A stretch of DNA of 64,000 nucleotides from an uncultured delta proteobacterium (GTDB lineage: Bacteria; Desulfobacterota; Syntrophobacteria; BM002), in the NCBI GenBank assembly GCA_963712115.1, contig CAVQGX010000046.1, positions 1 to 64,000 of the forward strand. The letters are read 5' to 3'. A program made the position numbers and the translations under genes. Positions 18,760-28,998 of this stretch are shown in pieces (positions within the stretch are counted from its first letter, which is position 1; every line of letters starts with the position of its first letter). The notes below the pieces were generated by a model, which worked only from the letters and a program-made list of their open reading frames with translations, was not told where the DNA came from and ran no database searches.

Positions 18760-19143
18760 CTACTTAGTCCAGCCGGCGTTGCCACTTGCTTGGGTGTAGT
18801 TAAAGGTATATGTGGTTCCACCAATAAGGGCGGTCCACCTCGAATTAGCAACATCAGCGTTCAAGGTTATATTTTGCGCTTGAAGATATGTGTTGTTAAG
18901 AGTAGTAAAATTTGGAAAAGTAGTCGCGCTATTGTGCGTGACCAAGTCGGCGTAACCTATGGCAGCACTTGATACTATAGCGCCCACTATGCTGCTAGCG
19001 GTTGCATTCGCAGCCTCTGTTCTGAGATCAATGTACTTGGGTATTGCAATGGCAGCGATAACACCCAACAAGACGATAAGCATCATTATTTCTATTAAGG
19101 TAAAACCACGCTGGTCTCTGATTCCAGACCTTATCTCTTGCAC
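18760..19143 (-). CDS. Type IV major pilin, MshA-like
   Basis: QRG|FTLIE cleavage/methylation site, AIAIPKYIDL; GTG start at 19143 after GGAGGT. Confidence 0.88.
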   Translation of the reverse strand: MQEIRSGIRDQRGFTLIEIMMLIVLLGVIAAIAIPKYIDLRTEAANATASSIVGAIVSSAAIGYADLVTHNSATTFPNFTTLNNTYLQAQNITLNADVANSRWTALIGGTTYTFNYTQASGNAGWTK

Positions 19144-19343
19144 ACTCACCTCCCGTTTCATCAAAGAGCTAAAACAATAACGCAGCAGGTTTCGGACTGG
19201 TTACCACCATTACCTTTGCATGTCAATTGATTTCTGAACTCGTAAGTTCCCTCAATTTCTATATCAATCAAGTGAAAACATCGCAATATTTATGCCTCGT
19301 CACTAGAGACTATTGCTCGCAGCACTGGTTCTATCCAAACAAA

Positions 19344-20564
19344 CTAACGTATCAGTACTCTCGCCAGATTAAACAAGGGCAAGAAAACGGAAAGGGCAAA
19401 AAAGAACACAAATGTCGCCAGAATCGCAAGCAATACCGGCTCCATCAAGGCAGTGAACCTTTTAATAGCATACTCCACATCCTGATTGTAGTAATCCGAC
19501 ACCTTACCAAACACCTCGTCCAGCTTACCCGTGGTCTCGCTTACTGTCGCCATCTTGTGCAGCAGCGGTGGGAATATCCCCGCACGGGCTAAAGCATCAG
19601 AGAGGTTCTCACCTCGCTTTACCTCTTCCGTAACTTTTCGAAGAGAGCGCGCATAGTAGGCGCTTCCTATGGTTTCGGTCGATATCTCAAGTGTCTGCAT
19701 AATGGGCAGCCCACTGTCATTGAGAGTGGCAAATATTCTGCTTAAACGGGACAGAACAAACTTGGACATGAGCGGCCCGATCATGGGAAAGTGCACCTTC
19801 AGCCAATCGAGCCAGTAACGACCAGGTGGTGTTCGTATCCACCAAAAGATTGCCACCACCAGTACGACCATCCCCATTAAACTTTCCAACCAGTACTGCT
19901 TGATGAACCCATCCATGGCGATCATTATTCTGGTCGGTAAAGGAAGCTGCGACCCCAACTGTTTAAAGGTACTGGCAAAAAAGGTGACCACCACAAAAAA
20001 AGCAATGATCAGAGCGACAATTGCCAGTTTAGGATAGCGAGTGGCAGCCTTAACCCTTTCTCGGGTCTCCAATTCATACTCCTGGAGAGCAGCAATTCGG
20101 TGGAGCGTGTCTTCGAGATGGCCGCAGGCCTCACCGGCGCGGACCATGTTCACATAAATGGAAGAAAAAATATTAGGATAGTGTGACATGGCTTCGGAGA
20201 GATCAGTACCGCCTTCGATATCATCAGATATGCCCAAAAGTATGTCACGTAACCGGTCATTAGCATTTTGTTTGGCCATTAGCCTGAGGCAGGTCAAGAG
20301 AGGAACGCCAGCACCCAGCACCAGGGCAAGTTGACGGTTAAAGTAGATAAGTTCATTGGCACTGACCCGCCGCATCCACCGGTCAGCCCAATCAGCCGTC
20401 TTCCCTTTTTTTACTTTTATCTCTTTCTGCTTCGGCCGGATGTCAACAGGGATGTAACCAAGTCGAAGGATCTGCTCGGCAACCGCCGACCTATCTTCGC
20501 CATCCAAGACGCCGGTTATGGCCTTGCCCTCTTGGTCTCTTGCCCTGTATTGAAAACTTGGCAT
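19344..20564 (-). CDS. pilC: PilC/GspF/MshG inner-membrane platform protein
   Basis: MPSFQYRARD start at 20564, FNRQLA..AGVPL, MVRAGE..G.LE, LPLPTR, LMEPV. Confidence 0.9.
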   Translation of the reverse strand: MPSFQYRARDQEGKAITGVLDGEDRSAVAEQILRLGYIPVDIRPKQKEIKVKKGKTADWADRWMRRVSANELIYFNRQLALVLGAGVPLLTCLRLMAKQNANDRLRDILLGISDDIEGGTDLSEAMSHYPNIFSSIYVNMVRAGEACGHLEDTLHRIAALQEYELETRERVKAATRYPKLAIVALIIAFFVVVTFFASTFKQLGSQLPLPTRIMIAMDGFIKQYWLESLMGMVVLVVAIFWWIRTPPGRYWLDWLKVHFPMIGPLMSKFVLSRLSRIFATLNDSGLPIMQTLEISTETIGSAYYARSLRKVTEEVKRGENLSDALARAGIFPPLLHKMATVSETTGKLDEVFGKVSDYYNQDVEYAIKRFTALMEPVLLAILATFVFFFALSVFLPLFNLARVLIR

Positions 20565-20633
20565 AAGGTCCTCTAACGCGCAGAGCGCTAAGCGCATAGC
20601 GTAAAAGTCATCCTCTCAAAACTCTGAGCTTGA

Positions 20634-20649
20634 AGCAATAATCGTACCC
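20634..20649 (-). promoter_or_regulatory. Putative sigma-54 promoter for pilC-pilin
   Basis: Minus strand GGGTACGATTATTGCT with GG-N10-GC spacing, 70 bp upstream of the pilC start. Confidence 0.45.
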
Positions 20650-20780
20650 CTATACGTTCAAATCGTTGAAACCGTTGAAATCGTCAAAATCGTAAAAGCT
20701 AAAGTAGCCAGGAGCCATTCTTTTATTTCGAATTTCGAAATTCGAAATTTTGGCCTCTTCTGTCATCTGCCCTCTGACCT

Positions 20781-21152
20781 TTATTCCCCCAAATACTCCT
20801 TGACCTTCGCCAATAGTTTGTCTGCCGAAAAGGGCTTGGTCATATAGAAGTCGGCTCCGGTTTCTTTACCTGTCTGCCTGTCCTTCTCCTGTGCTTCCGC
20901 CGTAAGCATGATGATTGGAATACGTTTAAACTTCTCATCGAATTTCAGCAGTCTGCACACCTTGTAGCCATTCATCCCCGGGAGCATAACATCAAGGATG
21001 ATCAGGTCAGGTTTCTCTTTGCGAGCCCGTTCGAAACCTCGGAATCCGTCGTATGCCACCAAGCACTCATAACCCTCCATTTCCAGGTTTATCTGGACCA
21101 TTTCAAGTAGATCCGGCTCATCGTCAACTATTAGAATCCTTTTCTTAGACAT
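20781..21152 (-). CDS. Single-domain response regulator
   Basis: ILIVDDE, IILDVMLPGMNG, MLTA, TKPF. Confidence 0.92.
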   Translation of the reverse strand: MSKKRILIVDDEPDLLEMVQINLEMEGYECLVAYDGFRGFERARKEKPDLIILDVMLPGMNGYKVCRLLKFDEKFKRIPIIMLTAEAQEKDRQTGKETGADFYMTKPFSADKLLAKVKEYLGE

Positions 21153-21362
21153 TTCTTCGCCTCAGGTCAGCCGAGACCCAGCGGCTTCGCTCCATCTGGG
21201 CCACTGGAATATTGGAATAGTGGAAGAGTGGAATATTGGGTACGAAAAACGTATATCTATGAATCAATATGAAATGGATCTTTTGTGTTCTCACTAAACA
21301 TTATTCCATTATTCCGACATTCCGTTATACCGTCCATAGTTCCGCAATCTAACAGGAGTAAG

Positions 21363-21559
21363 CTAGGAGTCTGTCGGAGTACCTAGCTTTATTGGACACT
21401 TAGTGGACGCATCGTCGGTCGCTACTGGGACCCTGACAACGGCGACCACTGGAGTGGTCAACGTTAGTCAGAATGCCAGTAGGGACTGAACGATGACGTC
21501 CCTATTTTTCCAATGAGAGCTAGCTAGTCCGACACACTCCTAGTCCGACAGACTCCTAG
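21363..21559. repeat. Long imperfect palindrome (MITE-like or structured RNA)
   Basis: Successive complementary blocks from ctaggagtctgtcgga/tccgacagactcctag to the apex gaccact-gg-agtggtc. Confidence 0.65.
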
Positions 21560-23272
21560 CCAAATTGTCTCCATACTATGAACTGCTGTAGATCGATCAC
21601 CTCCGCCTCTGCCCCCGAGACAGCCTGTATTGCTGTTGCAACCAACTCTGCTGCTGTGCCCACATCTTTTGGATAACTAGCCATTCCCCATTTAAGCTGC
21701 CAAGTGAGGGGCAAGCCTTTTTTCTCTGCTTGTTTTTTGAGGTTGGAGGTAAACCGCCCCAACAAAGCCGGAGCATATTTAGGATCAAGCTCCGCCAGGA
21801 GCAAAAATACTCCCCGGGATGAATCCAGAATTTCCACCGTATCACTCTTCAGCCTCACCGTGCTCTGTCCTGTTTCCACGGCTAGCTGAAGAAAATCAGC
21901 CATCAAGTCTCCGTCCTGAGTTTCAGAGCGAGATTTTCCTATTTTAGGGAGCACTCGGAAAATGACAAGGGTAAGTGACGAATTAACTATTTTTACCCTC
22001 TCCAACCTGCCGGCCACCGTCTGCACAAGATAAGTCTTGCGGGAAAGCTTAGGCAGCATTACCCTGAAAGTGCTTCCCTCTCCCGGCTCACTCTCTACCC
22101 AAACTAAGCCACCGTGCGCCTCAACCATTGTCTTGACGATGGACAGACCCAATCCTCTTCCCCGAGTGTTCTGATCTGCTGAGGGTCCCCGCCCCTGATG
22201 AAACTTGGCAAATATTGACTTCAAGTGGGAAGGAGGGATCCCTTCGCCGTCATCAGCAACTGTGAGCAAAAGTGATTCTTTATCCAAAGGTCTCTTTGGC
22301 TTGGTCTCATCGTCTTTAGGCAATAGTTCTGACAACTTATCTAAGGGTACAACCTCCAGACCAACATAGATGTTTCCCCCTTCCGGGGTGAACTTAATTG
22401 CATTGTGGACCAGGTTGTAGACCACCTGTCTCAGTCTATCTCCATCTGCAAGGAGCTTGGGGTATTCATCTTGAAGCTGTTTCTTAAGCTTGATCCCTTT
22501 TTCTTGCGCCAAACCCTCGAGGGGAGCCAAGGCCCTTTCCAGCGGCTCCAACACATCCACCTCTTCCAGGTGAAGGGCAAGGGTGCGGGTTTCCATCTGA
22601 CTGAGGTCTATAATGGCCGTCACCACGTTATTGAGGCGCTCAAGATTCCGAGAGGCCAGCTGTACAAATCTCAGCTGCTTCTCGCTCAACTCACCGAACC
22701 TTTGACCGCTCAGCAGATCCAGGGCGTTCTTGATGGCGGTGATTGGGGTAAGCAGTTCATGACTGGCGAATGAAAGGTTCTCAGAAATGATCTGATCTCT
22801 CTGCTGAGTCTCCCTCAAATCCTTGAAACACAAAACAGTACCTGCGAAACTAGATGGCCCGGTGAAAACCGGACTTCCCCTAACTACATAGGGCACCCCA
22901 AAAATTGTGGATTCCTGTTGCCAGAAAAGCGAAGATAGACTGGACCGCTCAGATGGCTCTTGACCAGACGGCCCGCCCACAGATTTATCTATAGACTTAC
23001 CGGCAGCTGAATCTTTCGGCGTAATTGACAGCGGATCAAAGCCAAGGAGAGTAATCAATTCCGTGAAGGATGGAAGTGGGTCATTGCGACCGCGCGCAGC
23101 GCAGTATCTCCCGGCCGGCCTGGTTGATGTAGCCGATTGTCTTTTCACTCTGCACAAAAACGATGCCTTCACCCGCAGCCTCGAGTATTAATTCCAACAA
23201 AGCTGCGTCCGCAGGCTGCTTATTTGATCCGGCAGACTTCAAAGTGGAGCCTCCAAAAACCGACTGTCCCAA
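21556..23272 (-). pseudogene. PAS-histidine kinase with C-terminal degenerate GGDEF-like domain, frameshifted near 23091-23098
   Basis: PAS start (ILEAAGEGIVFV..YINQAGREIL) is in ORF 23081-23272; HisKA SHELLTP, NLVHNAIKFT, DDGEGI, GRGLGL are in ORF 21556-23172; junction lies in a CG dinucleotide run (may be a sequencing error). Confidence 0.75.
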
Positions 23273-23458
23273 CTGATTCCAGGCTTTGGGTGCCTACTAA
23301 ATCCAAAGGTCAAATGTCCAAAAAGTAGTTTTCCTTCTAAATGTTGTTATCCCAGATCTCTTCTCAGTGCCTAGTGCTTAGTGCATAGTGCCTAGTACCA
23401 ACTGTCTTCTGACCTCTGACCTCTGTATTCTCCGTACTCTCTGTGGTTCACTCCTTAT

Positions 23459-24448
23459 TCATCTTGCAAGGGCCTCTCGCTCTTGGATCTGCTGAACTGC
23501 TTCAAATGCCGCTTCTGCCACCTCTGGATTGCTATCGTTTAACATAACTTTCAATGGCTCGAGAACGCTCACATTGCCAATGATCCCGAGCAAGTAGGCC
23601 ATATCTCCCCGTTGGTTGGCATCCCCTTGGTCAAGTAGATCCACCAGGTAGGGATAGACGCGCTGCACCAAAACGGGGCTGCGCTCTGCCACCTCTTCCA
23701 GAACAACCATCATGCCCATTCGTACTGACCAATCAGGATCGGCCAACAATTCCAACGCTCCTTTATAGACATCACCGTCTGCAACCATCATACCAGCGAG
23801 CTTGTCGGCATCCCCTTCTTTGACAATCTTTTTGAAGCTGTCCGGATGAAAGGTTGCCGGTGACTGGTTAGTAAGTTTGTCCACCAAAAGATCTTCGCTA
23901 ATATTTCCCACCAGCTGATCTTGCCCATCAATGACTAGAGTGGGCACGGCCCGGATGGAGTATTTCTGGGCGAAGTCGGCAAAAAGGGTAACGTCAATAA
24001 TGGTCACCTCCAAATAAATAGAGGCAAGGGCCAACTGGTTAACCAAGCCCACCACAATTGGACAGTGGGGGCATGTGGGACTCACCATCACCTCAATTTT
24101 CGTGGTCGTGATAAAGGTTGCCAATCTAGACAAAGTACGCCCAGCTAGGGAGGTCTCACCTTGGGAGCGGTAAATCAAAGTCTGCAAAAAAGGGGCCACC
24201 TCCCTACCTCCAGGGAGGGCCATGTAGCGGAGATTTGGCTTAATCTCAATGGTGGGGGGATCATCTTCGGAATAGGTTGTATATATGGGTTGGAGCTTAC
24301 TACTTACGGTAGCCAGTGCCTCGACGAACTTGCGAAACTGTTTAGACAGATCATCTTTGGTTAAGTTCACTTTAAGCACTACAGGGTTTTGCAATACTTC
24401 CAGGGCACTTCTGGCAGTCTCTAATTCCTGGGAAGTGAGTATGGACAT
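23459..24448 (-). CDS. Thioredoxin-fold (AhpF N-terminal/PDO-like) protein with C-terminal HEAT repeats
   Basis: PTCPHCP, IRAVPTL; HEAT-like DPDWSVRMG, DANQRGDMAYLLG; the upstream ORF extension is repeat-derived, so start placed at 24448. Confidence 0.78.
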   Translation of the reverse strand: MSILTSQELETARSALEVLQNPVVLKVNLTKDDLSKQFRKFVEALATVSSKLQPIYTTYSEDDPPTIEIKPNLRYMALPGGREVAPFLQTLIYRSQGETSLAGRTLSRLATFITTTKIEVMVSPTCPHCPIVVGLVNQLALASIYLEVTIIDVTLFADFAQKYSIRAVPTLVIDGQDQLVGNISEDLLVDKLTNQSPATFHPDSFKKIVKEGDADKLAGMMVADGDVYKGALELLADPDWSVRMGMMVVLEEVAERSPVLVQRVYPYLVDLLDQGDANQRGDMAYLLGIIGNVSVLEPLKVMLNDSNPEVAEAAFEAVQQIQEREALAR

Positions 24449-24524
24449 AATAGTCAGAATTCCACTCCGCCCGGATTCAATCTCATGGGACGTCCAAGCT
24501 GTCTTTTCTTTTGCCTTGTTCGTC

Positions 24525-24755
24525 TGGAGTTTTGGAGTACTGGAGTACTGGAGTACTGGAGTACTGGAATATTGGAATCCTAGGATGACTAAAAATTCCA
24601 AATAACAAAACACAATGATCAATCCGCTTCCGTCGGACCAAACCTGTCTTTGTCATTGAATATTGGAATTTGGGATTTCATTGGAATTTGGTGTTTGGAA
24701 TTTGATATTTTGCGATGCTTCATCACTCCACCACTCCAATACTCCATCACTCCAT
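24525..24755. repeat. TGGAGTAC octamer array in inverted pair enclosing heptamer repeats
   Basis: (tggagtac)n at 24525-24575, (actccatc/actccaat)n at 24720-24755, inner ttggaat repeats. Confidence 0.75.
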
Positions 24756-24824
24756 CTGCGATGTCCCACTGAATGTGGAGGGCGCCAGGAAAGGCCTAGC
24801 TTTTAGCATGCCTCCCGTGAGTGA

Positions 24825-25607
24825 CTATAGTCTAAACCACATAAAATCTTCCGCTAGCACTATCTCTCCCGAGTATTCCTTACGGCAGGCTGCCACCACA
24901 TCGATTTCATCACAAACGGGATAGAGGTGGGTGAGCACCAACCGCCTGCAATCAGCCTCTTGGGCCACCCTACCAGCCCATTTTGGGGTTAAATGCCCTG
25001 TCGTCTTGAGATTATCGGGAAAGGAACACTCGCAGAAAAAAAGATCTGCTTCTCTTGCCAGGGTTACTATGTTGCTGCAATATTCTGTATCTCCAGAATA
25101 GGAAAGTACAAGGCCATCCTTGGTTTCCAGACGATAACCAATGCTCTCCTTTGTATGATCCATTGGCAGGGTGGAGAGCTTACCGAAAGGGAGTCTCATT
25201 TCGGCTCCACCATTATGCTCTATCTCTTCAAAACTTAGCAGGGCCGGGTCCAACTCGATCCAACTACCATAAACTCCATGTAACCGTCTAAAAAAGTCCT
25301 TCAGACCTGTGGCACCGCCTATTAACAAGGGCTTTTCGCGCCCATAGACCGGCGATCTGGCTGCAAAAAGCAGCGGCACTAAACCCGCTGTGTGGTCTGG
25401 ATGAAAATGAGTAAACCAGAGCGAGTCCAGGTCACGATAATCCATGCCGGCCTCAGCAAGACTCCAAATGGTTCCCGCACCACAATCAAAAAGGAGAAAA
25501 TGCCCTTTTATTCTCACTACCAGAGCGGGTGGCCGTCGGCGGGGGTTGGGAATACCAGTGCCGGAGCCGATAACGCAAGCTTCAAGTCTTGCAACAGTTT
25601 CCTTCAC
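24825..25607 (-). CDS. MBL-fold metallo-hydrolase, RNase Z/AtsA-like
   Basis: GSGTG, FDCGAG, THFHPDH, YSGDT, CECSF, GHLT, LTHLYP. Confidence 0.85.
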   Translation of the reverse strand: MKETVARLEACVIGSGTGIPNPRRRPPALVVRIKGHFLLFDCGAGTIWSLAEAGMDYRDLDSLWFTHFHPDHTAGLVPLLFAARSPVYGREKPLLIGGATGLKDFFRRLHGVYGSWIELDPALLSFEEIEHNGGAEMRLPFGKLSTLPMDHTKESIGYRLETKDGLVLSYSGDTEYCSNIVTLAREADLFFCECSFPDNLKTTGHLTPKWAGRVAQEADCRRLVLTHLYPVCDEIDVVAACRKEYSGEIVLAEDFMWFRL

Positions 25608-25654
25608 TCCATAGGTCCCCGTGTCTAACTACTCAGCAGAACACATCTCACATC

Positions 25655-26521
25655 TCAGAGACATGTTACCTTTTCCTTCCCCTGTAACCTCTCTCGTAAG
25701 ACCTGTAAGATCGTATAATCTAGGTCTTTTCCCAGGATATTGTTCCCCAGATGGGAGTGATCTCTGAAGTTTCCGTGAAAGTCCGAGCCTCCGGTACAGA
25801 TTAATCCCAGACTTTTAGCAACATCCTCATAGAGGGCTACCATCTCTTCTGTGTGGTTTGGGTAGAACACCTCAATTCCCTCCAAACCCATTTCTCGTAG
25901 CTCGCGCACCAGTAAAGCTAGTTCGTCAGGCTTTGCCATTCCCAGGGTGAATGGGTGAGCGAGAACCGCAATCCCACCTGCCCTCCGAATTATGGCAATG
26001 GCCTCCTCCGGCGGGAAGCGAAACTTTTCTACGTAAGCCACAGCCCCTTTTTTCAGATAGCGTTCAAAGGCCTGGTCAATGCTGGACACATAACCCCTGT
26101 TTACCAGTGCCCTGGCGATGTGTGGCCTTCCCACCTGTCCGGCTGAAAGATCAAGAACTTCAGTCGTGCTTATCTCCAGCCCGAGGGCCTGTAGCCGTTC
26201 AATTATCTTGGGGTTACGAGCAGCCCGTGCCTGTTGGAGTTTTTTCAGGGCTCCTTGAAGCTCACGATTGGAGGCACGGATATAGTAGCCCAGGATGTGC
26301 ATGGTTCCGGGCGGATACTGGGCGCTGATTTCAACCCCTGGCACCACCTCAACACCCAGCTCGTCTCCAGCTTCCAGTGCTTCCTCCACCCCAGCCACAG
26401 TGTCATGGTCCGTGAGTGCAATTGCGCGCAATTTTCTCTTTTTGGCGAGCTGAACTAGTTGTCTAGGTGAGAGACTTCCGTCCGAATAACTGGAGTGGGT
26501 ATGGAGATCAATGCGGTTCAT
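25655..26521 (-). CDS. PHP-domain phosphoesterase (TrpH/YciV-like)
   Basis: DLHTHS..SDG, LTDHDT, GVEIS, GRPHIA, LAHP, GGSDFHG. Confidence 0.9.
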   Translation of the reverse strand: MNRIDLHTHSSYSDGSLSPRQLVQLAKKRKLRAIALTDHDTVAGVEEALEAGDELGVEVVPGVEISAQYPPGTMHILGYYIRASNRELQGALKKLQQARAARNPKIIERLQALGLEISTTEVLDLSAGQVGRPHIARALVNRGYVSSIDQAFERYLKKGAVAYVEKFRFPPEEAIAIIRRAGGIAVLAHPFTLGMAKPDELALLVRELREMGLEGIEVFYPNHTEEMVALYEDVAKSLGLICTGGSDFHGNFRDHSHLGNNILGKDLDYTILQVLRERLQGKEKVTCL

Positions 26522-26785
26522 TTGTTTTTGGTCATTTGGCCAAACCGGTCAAATATGTGGATTGGCCATTTGGCCACAAGTCAAAGAAGCCAGGAGTCAG
26601 AATCCAGTAGGCAAAGAGCAGAGGGCATAGAGCATGGGGCATAGGGTTCAAACACTTCGAAATCCGAGATCCGTAATCTTTAGTCTAGAATCTCCATACT
26701 CCAGCACTCCATACCATTTGTGATCTCAATGCTCTCTGTGGTTCAATCTTTTTCGCTCTGCGCTCTGCGCTCTGCGCTTTGCGAT

Positions 26786-28402
26786 TTACCTATAATACTT
26801 CTCCAAGTACTCACTTACCATGCGTTGGGTGTTGAACCTTGGAGCACAGTCAGAGATAGAGGCCTTCATCATCTTGATCCACTGGGGGCGACTGGCGTAG
26901 TAAGTAGTTACCGCATCCTCCAGATCAGCATAGAAATCAGCAGCGGTATCCTCATCCGAGGCGTCCTCATCGTCACCAATGGCCCAGCCGTTGACCCGAT
27001 TGTTGCAGACTTCACGCCACCAGCCATCCAGTACACTCATGTTAATGCCACCATTAAAGGTTACTTTCATGCCGCTGGTGCCGGATGCCTCCCTTGGGCG
27101 TCTGGGATTATTGAGCCAGAGATCCACTCCCTGGGTCAGAAGCTTGCCCTGCCACATGTTATAGTTTTTAAGGTATACCAAGCGGAACCGCCCTTCGTAT
27201 TTCTGGGTAGTGTGGATTATGTCCTGGATCACTTTTTTACCGGCCTCGTCCTGTGGGTGTGCCTTGCCAGCAAAAATAAATTGGACCCGATTGCGTGTAA
27301 GGTTTAGCAATCTCTCCATGTCCGTAAAAAACAGGGTAGCTCGCTTGTAAGCAGCAGCCCTGCGGGCGAAACCTACTGTGAGAAATTCCTCGGTAAAGCC
27401 TGCATTGGAGTCGGCGTTGACATAGCGAATAAGTTTGCGCTTGGCAGAGAGTTCGGCCTCAGCCAGAGTCTCATCAGGAATGTTATTGGCACCTTCCAGC
27501 ACCTCCGGGGATCCTCTCCACTCAGGCAAAAATTGATCATATAGCCGGGCATAGTCCGGACCGGTCCAGGTCAAGTGATGCACACCGTTGGTTACGTGAC
27601 CAATTTCGTAACCTGGAAACATTTCCCTGCTAACCTCACCGTGGAGCTCACTGACGCCATTGCAGGCGCGGCTTAGATTCAGGGCCAGGCGGGTCATGTT
27701 AAGACCATCCTTTCCGCCAAACTCTCGAATCTCAGGAGGCAAAAAACTTCCAAGGCTTTCCTCCGCCAGGTCATAGCCGAACACATCATGGCCTGCGGGC
27801 ACCGGGGTATGGGTGGTAAAAATACATTGTTCGCGGACCCGATTAACATCCCCATCAAAATCATGATAAAGGGCCAGGGTTAGGAAGGCAGAATGGCCTT
27901 CGTTCATATGGTATGTGGTTATCCCCCTCTCCAACCGTTTTAGCGCTTTATAACCACCTATACCGAGAATTGCCTCCTGGCAAATGCGGGTGTGACTGTC
28001 GCCGCCATATAGGTACTGGGTAACCAGTCTATCGTCCGCCGTGTTGTCATCAAGATCTGCATCCAGAAAATAGATGGGAACCTTTCCTTTGATGCCCTGA
28101 TAGGTGTACTTCCAGACCCCGACCTTCACCTCCCTGCCATCCATGGGAACACTTATCTTCATCGGCAAAGGCTCCATAAATGCACGGGGGTCGAAATAAG
28201 GATACATCTCTTCTTGCCAACCCATGGGGCTGATATTCTGCATGAAGTAGCCCCTTTTATAGAGCAAGCTTACCGCCACCAGTGGGAGTCCCAGGTCAGC
28301 GGCAGATTTGATGTGATCACCTGCAAGTATGCCAAGACCCCCACTGTAGGTTGGGATGCTTTCGTTGAGCCCGATTTCCATAGTGAAATAAGCAATTTTC
28401 AT
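26786..28402 (-). CDS. glgP: Alpha-glucan phosphorylase
   Basis: YSGGLGILAGD, HMNEGHSA, FTTHTPVPAGHD, TNGVH, EASGTSGMK. Confidence 0.93.
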   Translation of the reverse strand: MKIAYFTMEIGLNESIPTYSGGLGILAGDHIKSAADLGLPLVAVSLLYKRGYFMQNISPMGWQEEMYPYFDPRAFMEPLPMKISVPMDGREVKVGVWKYTYQGIKGKVPIYFLDADLDDNTADDRLVTQYLYGGDSHTRICQEAILGIGGYKALKRLERGITTYHMNEGHSAFLTLALYHDFDGDVNRVREQCIFTTHTPVPAGHDVFGYDLAEESLGSFLPPEIREFGGKDGLNMTRLALNLSRACNGVSELHGEVSREMFPGYEIGHVTNGVHHLTWTGPDYARLYDQFLPEWRGSPEVLEGANNIPDETLAEAELSAKRKLIRYVNADSNAGFTEEFLTVGFARRAAAYKRATLFFTDMERLLNLTRNRVQFIFAGKAHPQDEAGKKVIQDIIHTTQKYEGRFRLVYLKNYNMWQGKLLTQGVDLWLNNPRRPREASGTSGMKVTFNGGINMSVLDGWWREVCNNRVNGWAIGDDEDASDEDTAADFYADLEDAVTTYYASRPQWIKMMKASISDCAPRFNTQRMVSEYLEKYYR

Positions 28403-28998
28403 CTACACGGCCTTTCTAAGTTATCAGGTCTTTTATTATGTATGCATGGGATTTTGATCTCTTTAACCTGGATATTTCATGAATAGTCGTCGCGGTAGCA
28501 GCAGACGATTGGTGAAATATCCAGCTCATAAAACGGCGCTCCATTTAAGCGCAAAACGGTTTATAATACAAGCATAAGGTATTAGTCGTTCACATAGTTC
28601 AAGTCTTTTGCTCCGTTGAAACCGTTCAAGCCATTCAAATCGTAAACGCTTAAGGAGTTAGGAGCCAGGAGCTAGGAGCCAGAAGGAAAGTACACTCTTT
28701 ATGTTTTTGCCTCCTGGATTCTGAATTTTGACTCTGTCGTCTGTCCTCTGACCTCCAACCTCTGACCCCTGTCCTCTGTTGTCTTTCCCCGTCTCGCCCG
28801 ACCTCTCGTCTCGCTCGTCTCGCTTTACTCCATGCCCTATGCTCTATGCCTTACCACGGACTACTGACCAAGGACCTTTTGGTAAAAGTCTCTTGCATAT
28901 TGCACTGAACTAACAGTAACATTACATCTTAGGCTTTCTTAACTCATCCAGTCATCAACCCTTATCCTGATTTGTTTTGCCATTTGGAGTTTAATTTT

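Noticed and set aside
24449-24622. N-terminal extension of the thioredoxin ORF (also ORF 39947-40132)
   Set aside because: QYSSTP and VLEYWS periodicity comes from tggagtac repeats.
24525-24755. Octamer arrays as CRISPR
   Set aside because: Units are 7-9 bp tandem with no unique spacers, and no cas genes are present.
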